Origin: Anaerolineae bacterium
GTDB lineage: Bacteria > Chloroflexota > Anaerolineae > Anaerolineales > E44-bin32
DNA length: 64,000 bases
Direction of reading: 5' to 3'
Assembly (NCBI GenBank): GCA_036986135.1
Contig: BTQZ01000007.1
Location: forward strand, 3,642-67,641
The notes beneath the pieces are model-generated. The model searched no databases and was not told the DNA's origin. It saw only the letters and a list, made by a program, of their open reading frames with translations. Below are positions 18,485-29,355 of this stretch, piece after piece; position 1 is the stretch's first letter, and each line of letters opens with the position of its first letter. A program made the translations under genes and the position numbers.

Positions 18485-19302
18485 ACACGAAGACAAACAC
18501 CTCATCGGGATGCGAAGCCTGCCCGGTTCATCTACCGGGCAATCTCCTAAAGCGTGGCGTAGATATGGAGAACTGGGATTTCGTTGTGGCGCTGGCGGGA
18601 AATCCCAATACCGGAAAGAGCACCGTATTTAATGCCCTGACCGGCCTCCGTCAGCACACGGGCAACTGGCCCGGAAAAACTGTGGCGCGCGCTGAAGGCG
18701 GCTTCGAATACGGAGGCAAGCGCTACAAGCTGGTTGACCTGCCCGGCACTTATTCGCTTCTTTCCACCAGTGAGGATGAGGAGATCGCCCGCGACTTCCT
18801 GCTCTTCGGACGGCCAGACGTCACCGTGGTTGTCGTGGATGCCAGCGGGCTGGAGCGCAATCTGAACTTGGCGCTGCAGGTCATGGAAATCACCGATCGG
18901 GTCGTGATCTGCTTGAACCTGATGGACGAGGCCAGACGCCACGGCCTGAAGGTCGACGATCGGCGCCTGGCGCGGGACCTTGGCGTACTGGCGATCCCTA
19001 CCTCGGCACGTTATGGCGAAGGACTAGACGAATTGGTCGGCGCCATAGAAGAAGTAGCCACGGGCAAGGTTGTCTGTAAGCCGTACCGAATCGAGTATCT
19101 ATCCGGAGCCTTGAAGACGGCCGTGACGCAACTGGCGGCCGAGGTCGAGGCCCGCTTCCCTGGCCTGCCCAATTCTCGCTGGGTAGCACTGCGGCTGCTG
19201 GATGGCGATGCGCGAATGAGGAAGGTGGTCCAAAGCGGAGAGCTGGGTGAGCTTGCTCGACAGGTGGACATCCAGATGGACATCGTGGGAGAGCCCGCGT
19301 GA
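18481..19302 (+). CDS. feoB: FeoB soluble GTPase domain (split FeoB, N-part)
   Basis: [30 protein letters not shown]. Confidence 0.92.
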   Translation: MNTKTNTSSGCEACPVHLPGNLLKRGVDMENWDFVVALAGNPNTGKSTVFNALTGLRQHTGNWPGKTVARAEGGFEYGGKRYKLVDLPGTYSLLSTSEDEEIARDFLLFGRPDVTVVVVDASGLERNLNLALQVMEITDRVVICLNLMDEARRHGLKVDDRRLARDLGVLAIPTSARYGEGLDELVGAIEEVATGKVVCKPYRIEYLSGALKTAVTQLAAEVEARFPGLPNSRWVALRLLDGDARMRKVVQSGELGELARQVDIQMDIVGEPA

Positions 19303-20723
19303 CGAGGACCCCCGGAGCAGATGTGCTTGCGACTGCCACAGCGATGCGCTGGGAGTTCGGCGGGAACCTGCACGAGCAATTGGTCGAAGCCATCTACGCC
19401 GACGCGGCCAGGATTGCCGAACGAGCGGTGACCCGCCCGGATCAAAAGCCGCGCTTCGATTTGGATCGGACGATCGACCGAGTCGTGACCAGCCGGATCT
19501 TGGGATTTCCGATCATGCTGCTGGCCCTATCCGTGGTCCTGTGGCTCACGGTTATCGGTTCCAACATCCCCTCCGATTTGATCTTCGCCCTGCTCGTCGA
19601 CACAATCTACCCGTTCCTGAAGCAGATCGCGGCGGAGGTTGGATTGGCCCCGTGGATCGGGGGAATACTCATCGATGGCGTTTATTTGGCCACCGCCTGG
19701 GTAGTGAGCGTGATGCTGCCTCCCATGGCCATCTTCTTCCCACTCTTCACGCTGCTGGAAGATTTCGGCTATCTCCCGCGCGTGGCATTCAATCTAGACC
19801 GCGCCTTCAAGAAGGCCGGCGCGCACGGCAAGCAATCGCTCAGCATGGCCATGGGGTTTGGCTGCAATGCAGCGGGGGTGATGTCTACCCGCATCATTGA
19901 TAGCCCGCGCGAGAGATTGATCGCCATCATCACCAACAACTTCGCCCTGTGCAACGGTCGCTGGCCCACTCAGATTGTCATCGCCATAATTTTCGTCGGC
20001 GCGCTGGTGCCCGGTTACCTGGCCGGAGCGGCGGTTGCGCTTGCAGTGATGGGAACTGCCGTGCTCGGAGTGCTGCTGACTTTGCTGGTCTCGTGGGCCC
20101 TTTCGCGATCGGTTTTGAAGGGCGAGGTTTCCACCTTCAGCCTGGAACTCCCTCCCTATCGACCCCCGCGCATCCTGCAGACGCTCTACACCTCGGTCAT
20201 CGATCGAACGCTGCATGTGCTCTGGCGTGCCCTCATATTTGCCGCGCCGGCCGGGGCGGTCATATGGCTGATCTCGAACGTCACGTTCGGCGGCACGAGC
20301 GTGGCAGAGTACATGATCAACTTCCTGGATCCGTTCGGGTTGCTGCTCGGCCTCAATGGAGTGATCCTGGTTGCCTATATCGTAGCCATCCCAGCCAACG
20401 AGATCGTCATTCCAACCATCCTGATGTTGACGGTCCTGGTCAGCGGCCTCACCGGGGTGGGAGAAGGTGCCGGGGTAATGTTCCAACTGAATTCGGAGGC
20501 CGCGACGGGAGCCATCCTGAGAGCCGGCGGCTGGACTCTGCTCACCGCCATAAGCATGATGATCTTCGTTCTCATCCATAACCCCTGTAGTACGACCATC
20601 TTCACGACCTATAAGGTGACTGGCAGCAAGCGGTGGACCACCGTCACCGCGCTCCTGCCTCTGTTCATGGGCTTTCTGATCACCTTCTTCGTCGCTCAAA
20701 TTTGGCGCCTGGTTATCGGCTGA
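19299..20723 (+). CDS. feoB: FeoB membrane domain (split FeoB, C-part)
   Basis: [39 protein letters not shown]; GTGA overlap with the upstream gene. Confidence 0.92.
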   Translation: MTRTPGADVLATATAMRWEFGGNLHEQLVEAIYADAARIAERAVTRPDQKPRFDLDRTIDRVVTSRILGFPIMLLALSVVLWLTVIGSNIPSDLIFALLVDTIYPFLKQIAAEVGLAPWIGGILIDGVYLATAWVVSVMLPPMAIFFPLFTLLEDFGYLPRVAFNLDRAFKKAGAHGKQSLSMAMGFGCNAAGVMSTRIIDSPRERLIAIITNNFALCNGRWPTQIVIAIIFVGALVPGYLAGAAVALAVMGTAVLGVLLTLLVSWALSRSVLKGEVSTFSLELPPYRPPRILQTLYTSVIDRTLHVLWRALIFAAPAGAVIWLISNVTFGGTSVAEYMINFLDPFGLLLGLNGVILVAYIVAIPANEIVIPTILMLTVLVSGLTGVGEGAGVMFQLNSEAATGAILRAGGWTLLTAISMMIFVLIHNPCSTTIFTTYKVTGSKRWTTVTALLPLFMGFLITFFVAQIWRLVIG

Positions 20724-20879
20724 GTTGTAGACCCAACTCGAATAGACTGCAGGCACAATAGGGCCCGATCCGCGCGCGTCTCCGTCGACCTGCGGGAAGT
20801 ACTAGGATTCGACTTGAGACAGGCGGTTGCCGCGCACTACGGCAGCTAGCAATCTGACTGAGGTCCTAAAAGCTGGGAT

Positions 20880-21764
20880 CTATCTCAGAGGTTGGTGCGG
20901 ACCGAGCTGCTGGCGGACATATCGAGCCCGCCCATGATCGACCCACTGAACAGGAACTATTGCACCATGTTCAATCTCAAGGCCGGTGATCCGGCCCGGA
21001 AATACTCCGCTTCCCGTGTTGAAGTAGGGAGGGCCGCCACTAAACGGGAAAGACATCCGGTGCGTGTGTCCGCAGATCACGATTTGACTATGTGCATTGA
21101 TCCATTGGATGATGCGATGCTCGAGTTTCCCCTTTTCGCGCTCCAGTGGCGTTGGGGGCTGCCATTTCCGCAGGAAATCCCGCAGCAGATAGCCGAATCT
21201 CGCTGCACGCCGCGCGAAAAAGTACATCGGATCACATAAGATGTCGGCCTGGTGACCGTGGACCACGAAGAGCCGTTGGCCGCTCAGGCGATGACGAAAG
21301 ACAAGCCCCTCGTGCACTAGAATTCCGTCCTTCTGCTCTTGATGACGGGCCCTGCGCTTGACATCGTGGTTGCCTAAGATCAGGTGCAGGCGCCGCTCCT
21401 TGTCCAGCTCGTGGAACAGGTCAAAGACCCGCCGGTGAGCATCGCGGATCTCCTCGAATGGCCAACCCTTCCATAGCTCGTCACCGTCACCAACCTCGAT
21501 GTAAGTGAAGCCGCGCCGCACATAGTTTTGAAGCGTGGCCAGGAACAATTCGGCGTTGGGTCGAGAGGCATCCGCCTTGCCCCCATTACCGCGGTGCAGA
21601 TCGCTGAGCATAACGAACCGCGAGGAATCGTCGAAGTTGATGGTCTTGGCGGTCTCAAGCACTTGGGAGAGCCTTCGATGGATTCGGGGTAGCCATCCCG
21701 CGCGGAAGAAGGACGGGGGCTGCAAAACGGATTTCTTGAGGGATGCTTCTTTGCGAGAGCTCAT
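20880..21764 (-). CDS. Calcineurin-like metallophosphoesterase
   Basis: SDLH, GDGDE, GNHD, HGH, GHTH, FNTGS motifs. Confidence 0.9.
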   Translation of the reverse strand: MSSRKEASLKKSVLQPPSFFRAGWLPRIHRRLSQVLETAKTINFDDSSRFVMLSDLHRGNGGKADASRPNAELFLATLQNYVRRGFTYIEVGDGDELWKGWPFEEIRDAHRRVFDLFHELDKERRLHLILGNHDVKRRARHQEQKDGILVHEGLVFRHRLSGQRLFVVHGHQADILCDPMYFFARRAARFGYLLRDFLRKWQPPTPLEREKGKLEHRIIQWINAHSQIVICGHTHRMSFPFSGGPPYFNTGSGVFPGRITGLEIEHGAIVPVQWVDHGRARYVRQQLGPHQPLR

Positions 21765-22021
21765 ATAGCCGACAATCCTATCAGAAATGGCCTGCTATCC
21801 TCTACCGACTTCAGCGGCGCGCCCCACCGCGGATCGACGCTTGCACTTTATCATCGAGGGGCCCAGCCTCGTATAGTCGACGGGTCCTAGAAATGCCGGC
21901 AGTGTTGTAAGGTCGATGCAATGTCCAAAGCACATACGCGTCGGTGGCGCGAGGCATCGGTCGCACGGCGAGCACAGGAGCGCAGATTTGTCAGGGAACG
22001 GATAGTTATAATCCCAGCGCC

Positions 22022-24568
22022 ATGTCAATAGGCGAGGTGTTGGAGGCACTGCGGCGCGACCCGGCCTTCATGGAAAACGTAACGGCTTGGGAGCGGTTGC
22101 CGGCACGCGAGGCCCGCTACGCCGATTTCCCCGAGCATCTGGATCCGCGCCTCGTCTCCGCACTGCGGGCGCGGGGGACCGCTCCGCTCTTCATCCACCA
22201 GGCGGCGGCCGTGGAAGCCGCGCTCGCGGGCGAGAACGTGGTGGTCGTCACCGGAACCGCATCGGGGAAGACCCTCTGCTATAACCTGCCCGTGTTGCAG
22301 GCCGCCCTGGCAGACTCGGAGGCACGCGCGCTGTATCTATTCCCCACAAAAGCGCTCGCCCAAGATCAGGCTTCCGCGCTCGCGGAGATGCTGCAGACGC
22401 TGGAGGCCGTTGAACAGGTGCCCGTTCGCACCTACGATGGGGATACGCCGAGCGCGGACCGACGCGAGGTGAGGGATCTAGTGCGCATCCTCATCACCAA
22501 CCCCGACATGCTGCACATGGGCATCCTCCCGCATCACCCGCGCTGGGCGGCGCTCTTTGAAAACCTGCAATGGATCGTGCTCGACGAGCTTCACGTCTAT
22601 CGAGGGATTTTTGGTTCAAACGTCGCCAATCTACTGCGGCGATTGCGGCGTATTTGTCGCTTCTATGGCGCTGACCCTAAATTTGCCCTCACCTCGGCCA
22701 CCATCGCCAACCCGAAAGAGCTCGCCGAGAAACTAATCGAGGCACCCGTCCGGCTGATCCCGCCTGACCTGGACGGATCGCCGCGTGCCGAGAAGCATGT
22801 GATTCTCTACAACCCGCCCGTGATCGACGCCGCGCTAGGAATCCGACGCGCCTACACTTTGGAGACCACACGCATCGCTGAGCGATTTCTGCAGGCCGAT
22901 GTGCAGACCGCGGTTTTCGCCCGTGCGCGGCTCACAACGGAGGTGCTTCTGGGCTATGTGCGAGACGGAGTCGAAGGCGCCGGTGGCGATCCTCAGACCA
23001 TTCGCGGCTATCGAGGAGGGTACCTCCCGCTCGAGCGGCGGGAGATCGAACAAGGCCTGCGCGAGGGCATCGTTCGAGGGGTGGTGGCCACCAACGCCCT
23101 CGAGTTAGGCGTCGACATCGGCCAGCTAGGCGCGGCGGTGATCGCCGGCTACCCAGGAACGATCGCCAGCCTGTGGCAGCAGGCCGGGCGCGCAGGCCGC
23201 AGGGCGGAGGCTTCCGCTGCGGTGTTGGTTACCTCAGGGGCGCCCCTAGACCAGTTCGTTGCGGCCAACCCACGTTACTTATTTGAGAACCCGCCTGAAC
23301 ACGGATTGATCAACCCGAACAACCTGGCCATCCTGCTGCGCCACCTGCGCTGCGCAGCGTTCGAGTTGCCCTTCGCAGGCGATGGTAACTTTGGATCCTT
23401 TGAGGAGCTCAGAGAGCTGCTTGACTTCTTGGCAGAGGAGGGATCGCTGCACCGATCCAATGGGAAATACCGCTGGATGGCAGATGCGTACCCCGCCGAA
23501 GCGGTGTCCTTGCGGACGGGCGAAGATGCGACAGTGGTCATCCAGGACGTGAGCGACGGCCGGCCGAAGGTTATCGGCGAAGTGGATCGCGCCACCGCGC
23601 CCATCTTGCTGCACGAAGGCGCGGTGTACACCCATGAAGGCCGCACCCATATCGTGCAGCGACTGGATTGGGAAAATGCCATCGCCGAGGTTTCGCCGGA
23701 ACGCGTGGACTACTACACCGACGCCTCGGAGGCCATCGATCTCGAGGTCCAGCAGGTCTATGATGCGGACGAGACGACGGCTGCTCGCCGGGCGCATGGC
23801 TGGGCGCAGATCACGGCTCAGGCCTCCTCCTATCGTAAGGTCAAGCGATACACCCACGAGACGCTGGGATATGGTGAGATCGACCTTCCGCCGCGCCAGT
23901 TCGAGACGACCGCCTACTGGCTTTGGATCGGGCCGGAAACGGCCGAGCGCCTGGAAGCGGAAGGCGTTCTCATACCACCCAACGACTACGGACCCGACTG
24001 GTCGCACGTGCGCCGGGCGGCCTTGGAACGCGATGAGCACCGCTGTCGGCAGTGCGGCGCCCCCGAGCGCGAAGGACGGTCACACGACATCCATCACATC
24101 CGGCCCTTTCGGAGCTATGGCTACGTCCCGAGTAAGAACCGCAACGATCGGGAAGCCAATCAAATGGAGAATTTGACCACGCTGTGCCCAGCCTGCCACG
24201 CGCGGGCCGAGGCCGCGCGTGGCACACGCAGCGCGCTGGGCGGTCTGGCCTATGCGCTGCGAAACATCGCGCCGCTGTTCCTGATGTGCGATCCGCGCGA
24301 TATCGGCGAGCTGACCGAATCTCGCTCCAAAGAGACTAAGGGTCCCACCATCACGCTGTTCGATCGGGCGCCGGAAGGATTAGGACTGGCGGAGCGGTTG
24401 TACGACCTGCATGACCAGCTGTTGGAGGGCGCGCTGGGACTGGTGCGCCACTGCCGTTGCCGCGATGGCTGTCCAGCATGCGTGGGGCCGGTGGGACCCG
24501 GCGGACGCGAAGTCAAGGCGCTGACCGCGCAGCTGCTGGAGGCGCTGCTTGAGGGCGGAGCGCGATGA
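22022..24568 (+). CDS. DUF1998 DEAD/DEAH helicase (MrfA/SftH/Hrq1 family) with inserted HNH domain
   Basis: TGTASGKT, PTKALAQDQ, TNPDMLH, DELH, SAT, TNALELG, QQAGRAGR, terminal C-x-C-x3-C-x2-C; HNH insert at ~23984-24211; TATAAT at 22007. Confidence 0.93.
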   Translation: MSIGEVLEALRRDPAFMENVTAWERLPAREARYADFPEHLDPRLVSALRARGTAPLFIHQAAAVEAALAGENVVVVTGTASGKTLCYNLPVLQAALADSEARALYLFPTKALAQDQASALAEMLQTLEAVEQVPVRTYDGDTPSADRREVRDLVRILITNPDMLHMGILPHHPRWAALFENLQWIVLDELHVYRGIFGSNVANLLRRLRRICRFYGADPKFALTSATIANPKELAEKLIEAPVRLIPPDLDGSPRAEKHVILYNPPVIDAALGIRRAYTLETTRIAERFLQADVQTAVFARARLTTEVLLGYVRDGVEGAGGDPQTIRGYRGGYLPLERREIEQGLREGIVRGVVATNALELGVDIGQLGAAVIAGYPGTIASLWQQAGRAGRRAEASAAVLVTSGAPLDQFVAANPRYLFENPPEHGLINPNNLAILLRHLRCAAFELPFAGDGNFGSFEELRELLDFLAEEGSLHRSNGKYRWMADAYPAEAVSLRTGEDATVVIQDVSDGRPKVIGEVDRATAPILLHEGAVYTHEGRTHIVQRLDWENAIAEVSPERVDYYTDASEAIDLEVQQVYDADETTAARRAHGWAQITAQASSYRKVKRYTHETLGYGEIDLPPRQFETTAYWLWIGPETAERLEAEGVLIPPNDYGPDWSHVRRAALERDEHRCRQCGAPEREGRSHDIHHIRPFRSYGYVPSKNRNDREANQMENLTTLCPACHARAEAARGTRSALGGLAYALRNIAPLFLMCDPRDIGELTESRSKETKGPTITLFDRAPEGLGLAERLYDLHDQLLEGALGLVRHCRCRDGCPACVGPVGPGGREVKALTAQLLEALLEGGAR

Positions 24569-24765
24569 GTTGCGGCAACGCCGAGCGATTCGCGGAACGG
24601 GGTCACAGGGAACTCGAAATCGCCGGGCCCAGGCGGGACAAAGAGCCGACCAGCTCTGTTCTGTGCCACGGATGTGTGTCAGATGACAGAGATACTCAAT
24701 CATGCGTATTGCTCTGCCGTAAGACCGACCTAGAATCTAGCCTGGACTAGCTGGAGGAGTTCAAT

Positions 24766-25673
24766 ATGAAGAAATCAGTCTGGGTGGGCGCGCTGCTATT
24801 GGGGCTGGCGCTTGCAGCATGTTCCACCACGACCCCAACCGCAGAGATCATTGTGGTGACTGCCACGCTGGAGGCACCCACACAAGCGCCTCCGACGGCG
24901 GAACCCACAGCGGCGCCGACCGTCCAGCCGACGCCGGATGACGGGAACCCGGCGGTGTTTTTAGCCATCATAACGCCTAGAAATTGGACCGCGTGGGAGA
25001 GCACCGACTTCATCGAGGTGACCGGATCCGCGCGCGGGATGCCAAATTAGGCGTGATCGTGTTCTTCGTTGACGAGGGCCGCAACATCTACGGCTTTGCG
25101 TGCGCGGAGCTGGGAGCGCCGAACGCCAGCAATATCAGCACCTACTCGACGCGCATGACTGCCCCGGTCAACGTGGATACAGCAGGCAAGATCATCGCGG
25201 GGAATCTCGCCGATGACGGCAGCATCGCCGGTTCTGCCGGAGTCTTCTCCACTGCGCTGAAGGACAACAATGACCGGCACGTGACCATCGAAGAGCCCGG
25301 GAATCGCTGCATTGTCACGAACCCGAATTCCTTCACCGTCGAGGGTTCCGCGCAGGGTGCGTTTGAGAACAACATCGTAGTTCAGGCGCAGGACGCAAAC
25401 GGAAAGGTTCTGGCTGAGCAGGTCACGACCTATTCATCAGGCTCGGTCGGGGGATCGGGTGCCTGGTCGGTTCAACTGAGCGTGAACGTGGCGGCCGGAA
25501 CCGAGGGCCGTCTCGTTGCCTTCTCCCCCGATCCGACGGGCGGTACTGCGCTCAGCTCGCGCATCTACACGGTTTTCTACGGGGCGAGTAGCCGTACCAA
25601 GCTAACGACCCACAACGGGCCTTCTCGCGAGCCTCAACGCTCGTGGGAAGGCCCGTTTGCATTGCGGATCTAA
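24766..25673 (+). pseudogene. Frameshifted lipoprotein with Gmad2-like Ig domains
   Basis: GGAGG RBS, lipobox LAAC, Thr/Pro linker; frame stops at 25050 while the domain continues in the -1 frame (..GAFENNIVVQ..). Confidence 0.72.
25614..25657. terminator. Long GC-rich hairpin
   Basis: AACGGGCCTTCTCGCGAGC / GCTCGTGGGAAGGCCCGTT inverted repeat. Confidence 0.55.
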
Positions 25674-25873
25674 CCTCGACAAGTCCTGCGGACGCGACGT
25701 GCAGACCGGCAGGACGCGCCGGATTACTGCCGTACCTGCCTGAGCGCCTGGCTCTAATACTGATAGAATTTCAGGTTGCTTCGGCCAGCCATCAATCGTT
25801 GAAGGCGGAGGGGATCGACCGACCGACCGCTCGCAGTTCGGCGGTCTGTCATATGCTAGTCACCTAGCCTGGA

Positions 25874-28030
25874 ATGACAGAAACCATCGAAGATTCAAAG
25901 CTGCCAATACCACCCAAACTCACGTCAATAAGGCTCTCCAACCTACTCGATCGATGGGGGCCGTCGGCGGAGATTGTATTCCTCGGGACGTCGGTCTTTA
26001 TCGGCCTGGCAACCGGCGTCGGGGCGGTCGTCTTCCGTTATCTCATCACGGGAATCACCTGGATCGGTTATGACTGGCTGCCCAGCATCATTCCCGGTGG
26101 GGGCACCGCCTATGTAATCTTTGTTCCGGCGCTGGGGGGTCTCGCAGTCGGACTCATGGTCTTCTATCTTGCCCGCGAGGTGAAAGGCCACGGCGTACCA
26201 GAGGTCATGGAAGCAGTTGCCTTGCGCGGCGGGAGGATCCGCCCGCGGGTGGCGGCGGTCAAAGTGCTCGCCTCGTCGCTGACGATCGGCAGTGGCGGAT
26301 CGGCCGGACGAGAGGGCCCGATCGTGCAGATCGGATCGGCGATCGGCTCCACGCTTGGGCAGGTGCTTAATCTCTCCGAGGACCGGATCAGCAACCTGGT
26401 GGCCTGCGGCGCGGCGGCAGGCATCGCAGCCACCTTCAATGCACCCATCGCGGGAGTTATGTTTGCTCTAGAAATTATTCTGGGGCGCTTCACCGTCCGT
26501 CACTTCAGTACCGTGGTGATCTCCGCCGTTGCGGCGAGCGTCGTTGGGCGGGCAGCCTTCGGTGATACGGCGGCCTTCGCCATACCGTTTGAGTTTGGGG
26601 TGAACAGCCTGTGGGAGTATTTGCTCTACCCAGTGCTCGGAATCTTGGCCGCCTTGGTGGGAGTCCTGTTTACTCGCTCGCTGTACGGCTTTGAGGATCT
26701 CTTTGACCGCTGGCGGCGGCCGCCGGAATGGGTGAAGCCCGCCATCGGAGGCGCAGCGCTTGGGATCCTGGCGTTGGCATACCCGCTCGTGCGGCTGACG
26801 CAGCCGGTTACCTGGGAGCGGATGCCCCAGGTATTCAATGTGGGATATGAGGTCATCGAGAATGTGCTGGCGAACGAGGTGCTGCTCGGCGCCGCGCTTG
26901 TGTTGCTGATAGCAAAGATTCTGGCAACGAATCTCACCCTTGGATCAGGCGGCTCGGGCGGGATTTTCGCCCCTTCCCTGTTCATGGGGGCCATGCTGGG
27001 AGCTGCGTTCGAACTGGCGGTTAACCGATTCTTTCCAGGGATCGTCGCCCCGCCCGGAGCCTATGCCATCATCGGTATGGGGGCGGTATTTGCCGCAGCG
27101 GCTCATGCTCCAATCACGGCGATCATCATCTTGTTCGAACTCACCGGTGACTACAGGATCATTCTTCCATTGATGCTGACCGTGGTCATCGCTACCCTTG
27201 TGTCGCAGCGGTTGCTGCGTGGCGAATCGATCTATACCTTAAAGCTGACTCGGCGAGGGATCCGGCTGCACCGCGGTCGCGATCAAGACATTTTGCAGAG
27301 CGTCCAGGTCGGTGAAGTGATGACCGAGGAGCTGAACACCGTCAAGGGCTCCGTCACGATCGAAGAAGTCTCCAGTTCGTTCGAGTTCTCACACAGCCGC
27401 AGCCTGATGGTGCTCGATGAGCAGGACCTGCTAATAGGCATCGTTACCCTCAGCGACCTGGAACGGGCCTTCGGTGCTGGCCGGTCGCCGGACACGGAAG
27501 TGGCGGCCATCGCAACCACCTGGCCGCACCTGCAGGTCACGTATCCCAACGAATCGGTCGGAGCGGCATTGGCCAAGATGGGCTCACGCGGAATCGGCCA
27601 GCTTCCGGTGGTATCTCGCAGGGAGCCGCGCCGGCTCAGGGGGAAGATCAGCCGGATTGGGATCACCAAGGCCTACACGCTGGCCCTCTCTCAAAGGTCG
27701 GAAGTTGAGCATAGAAGCGCTGAACTCGAGCGCCGGTATCAAGACGAAGCCGGATTTGTGGAGATCACGCTTGCACCGACGGATGCCATCATCGGTAAGC
27801 AACTGAAGGAAGTGGCGCACAAGCTGCCCAAGGACTGCATCTTGGTTTCGATTCAGCGTGGAGAAAATACGCTAATTCCCCACGGGGATACGATATTCGA
27901 GGCCGGTGATCAGCTGACAGCGTTTATGCGCACGAAGGATTCGGAGCTGTTGCAATCGGCCTTAGGCCTCGCGGGACCTGTTACTGAGGGAAAAGACCGC
28001 CAGCAAGCACGAGACAAGGGGAGACCATAA
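25874..28030 (+). CDS. ClC chloride channel/transporter with CBS pair and TrkA-C domain
   Basis: GHGVPE, GSAGREGP, FNAPIAG, GGIFAPSL, two CBS domains, C-terminal IPHGDT. Confidence 0.94.
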   Translation: MTETIEDSKLPIPPKLTSIRLSNLLDRWGPSAEIVFLGTSVFIGLATGVGAVVFRYLITGITWIGYDWLPSIIPGGGTAYVIFVPALGGLAVGLMVFYLAREVKGHGVPEVMEAVALRGGRIRPRVAAVKVLASSLTIGSGGSAGREGPIVQIGSAIGSTLGQVLNLSEDRISNLVACGAAAGIAATFNAPIAGVMFALEIILGRFTVRHFSTVVISAVAASVVGRAAFGDTAAFAIPFEFGVNSLWEYLLYPVLGILAALVGVLFTRSLYGFEDLFDRWRRPPEWVKPAIGGAALGILALAYPLVRLTQPVTWERMPQVFNVGYEVIENVLANEVLLGAALVLLIAKILATNLTLGSGGSGGIFAPSLFMGAMLGAAFELAVNRFFPGIVAPPGAYAIIGMGAVFAAAAHAPITAIIILFELTGDYRIILPLMLTVVIATLVSQRLLRGESIYTLKLTRRGIRLHRGRDQDILQSVQVGEVMTEELNTVKGSVTIEEVSSSFEFSHSRSLMVLDEQDLLIGIVTLSDLERAFGAGRSPDTEVAAIATTWPHLQVTYPNESVGAALAKMGSRGIGQLPVVSRREPRRLRGKISRIGITKAYTLALSQRSEVEHRSAELERRYQDEAGFVEITLAPTDAIIGKQLKEVAHKLPKDCILVSIQRGENTLIPHGDTIFEAGDQLTAFMRTKDSELLQSALGLAGPVTEGKDRQQARDKGRP

Positions 28031-28164
28031 CGGGGTAGCGGCACCACGGCAAGCAAAGTGATGGGCATAAAGTACGTACTTATGCGTATCCCCCTTCGAA
28101 GACCTTTCGATCATAATCCTCCTTCGGCCTGCATACGTCGCGGGCCAAGCGGAGGAAATCTCGA

Positions 28165-28497
28165 ATGAAGGTTCATGGTATCGCACTGGGGATCATCCAG
28201 CCGCCTGACGGCGCGACCCTCGCGACTCCCTCCTCCATTGGAGTAACGGGCACTGGAGTGGGTCTGCCGGAAAACAACGTGGTCGTTCAAGCGACCGACA
28301 GCTCAGGAAACGTACTTGCGGAGCAGGCTACGATCGTAAACGCCAGCGAACTCGGCGGCTCGGGGACCTGGTCGGTCACGCTGAGCGTCAGCGTATCGGC
28401 TGGAACGACCGGGCAGATCATCGCCTTTTCGCCCGATCCCAAGACCGGCGGGATGGTCGCCTCAGCCACCATCAACGTGACCTACGGCCAGCAATAG
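28165..28497 (+). CDS. Single Gmad2-like domain protein, possibly the detached C-terminus of the 24766 lipoprotein
   Basis: ENNVVVQA.D..G.VLAEQ...GGSG.WSV.LSV.V.AGT.G...AFSPDP nearly repeats the domain at ~25280-25585. Confidence 0.72.
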   Translation: MKVHGIALGIIQPPDGATLATPSSIGVTGTGVGLPENNVVVQATDSSGNVLAEQATIVNASELGGSGTWSVTLSVSVSAGTTGQIIAFSPDPKTGGMVASATINVTYGQQ

Positions 28498-28519
28498 GGC
28501 CGACTCTACTGGACCACTC

Positions 28520-28550
28520 AGACCTTCTCCACAAGGGAAGGTCTTTTTTT
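28520..28550 (+). terminator. Intrinsic terminator
   Basis: AGACCTTCT-CCACAA-GGGAAGGTCT hairpin running into a T tract. Confidence 0.8.
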
Positions 28551-28782
28551 GTGCGGCAGAATAAAAAGTCGCAGCTTGATTGGAGGCCTACGACAAAAGT
28601 GGGTCTCTCGTAAAGGGGCCACTTCTCACGGGACTAGATCTTGAGCGAGGTGGTATCCCGAGAATAGTGGGGATTGTCCGGCAAGGGCAGTGGCGTCTTG
28701 TCCTCCTCCGCTCTTATGATCTGCGAAATCACGACGAGCGCAGCAAGAATGAGCATCATGCTGATAGGAATCCATCAGTTGC

Positions 28783-29355
28783 TCAGGGGGGAACGGTGCC
28801 TATTAGGTAGATAGCGGGGTAGAAGAACACCCAGACCACGTCGACGTAGTGCCAGTAGATGGCGCAGGCCTCGACACCCCAGTGCCGCTTCGAGGTGTAG
28901 CGACCCTTGCGGCCGTTGTACCAGACGATCAGAATGAACACGATGCCAGTTGCGACGTGCAGTGCGTGCATGCCGGTCATTCCATACAGCACGGCTCCAT
29001 ACGCGCCGTCCCAGGGGCGAATCTGGCCACCCCACTCGAAGACCACCACTCCCACCAGGAATGCAGTGCCCAATATGGCAGTCATGATCAAGCTGATCAA
29101 AAACGTCTTGCGCTTTTCGTGTTCGGCGGCAACTTCTGCGACATACATGAAGAAGCTGCTCAGGAGCAGGATGGAGGTGATGATCAGGCCAAGCTGTTGA
29201 TCCAGGTCAGGGCGAGTGCCGCCCCAGAGGTAAAAGCGGGTGATCAGCAGTCCGGCAAAGAGGAAAGCCTCCGAAACGAAGAACAGCCACAGACCGAGGC
29301 GGTTGCTGCGCAGCTGGGCGCGATATTGGGAGAGGGCAGTCGTGGCGACGCTCAT
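28783..29355 (-). CDS. coxC: Cytochrome c oxidase subunit III
   Basis: GLWLFFVSE, TGMHALHV, YWHYVDVVW. Confidence 0.93.
   Translation of the reverse strand: MSVATTALSQYRAQLRSNRLGLWLFFVSEAFLFAGLLITRFYLWGGTRPDLDQQLGLIITSILLLSSFFMYVAEVAAEHEKRKTFLISLIMTAILGTAFLVGVVVFEWGGQIRPWDGAYGAVLYGMTGMHALHVATGIVFILIVWYNGRKGRYTSKRHWGVEACAIYWHYVDVVWVFFYPAIYLIGTVPP

Noticed and set aside
20790-20880. GGATTCGAC resembling a tmRNA 5' end or tRNA T-loop
   Set aside because: The gap is too short for tmRNA and no acceptor stem or cloverleaf could be formed.
23984-24211. Intein interpretation of the HNH insert
   Set aside because: No N-terminal Cys/Ser or C-terminal His-Asn splice junctions, and too short for a Hint domain.
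24565-24750. 61-aa ORF coupled to the helicase as an mrfB remnant
   Set aside because: No DEDD/RNase H-like motif; only the ATGA overlap supports it.
25680-25873. Fluoride riboswitch upstream of clc
   Set aside because: No GGCGATGG/CTGATGA pattern; the protein has GHGVP/GREGP rather than CLC-F motifs.
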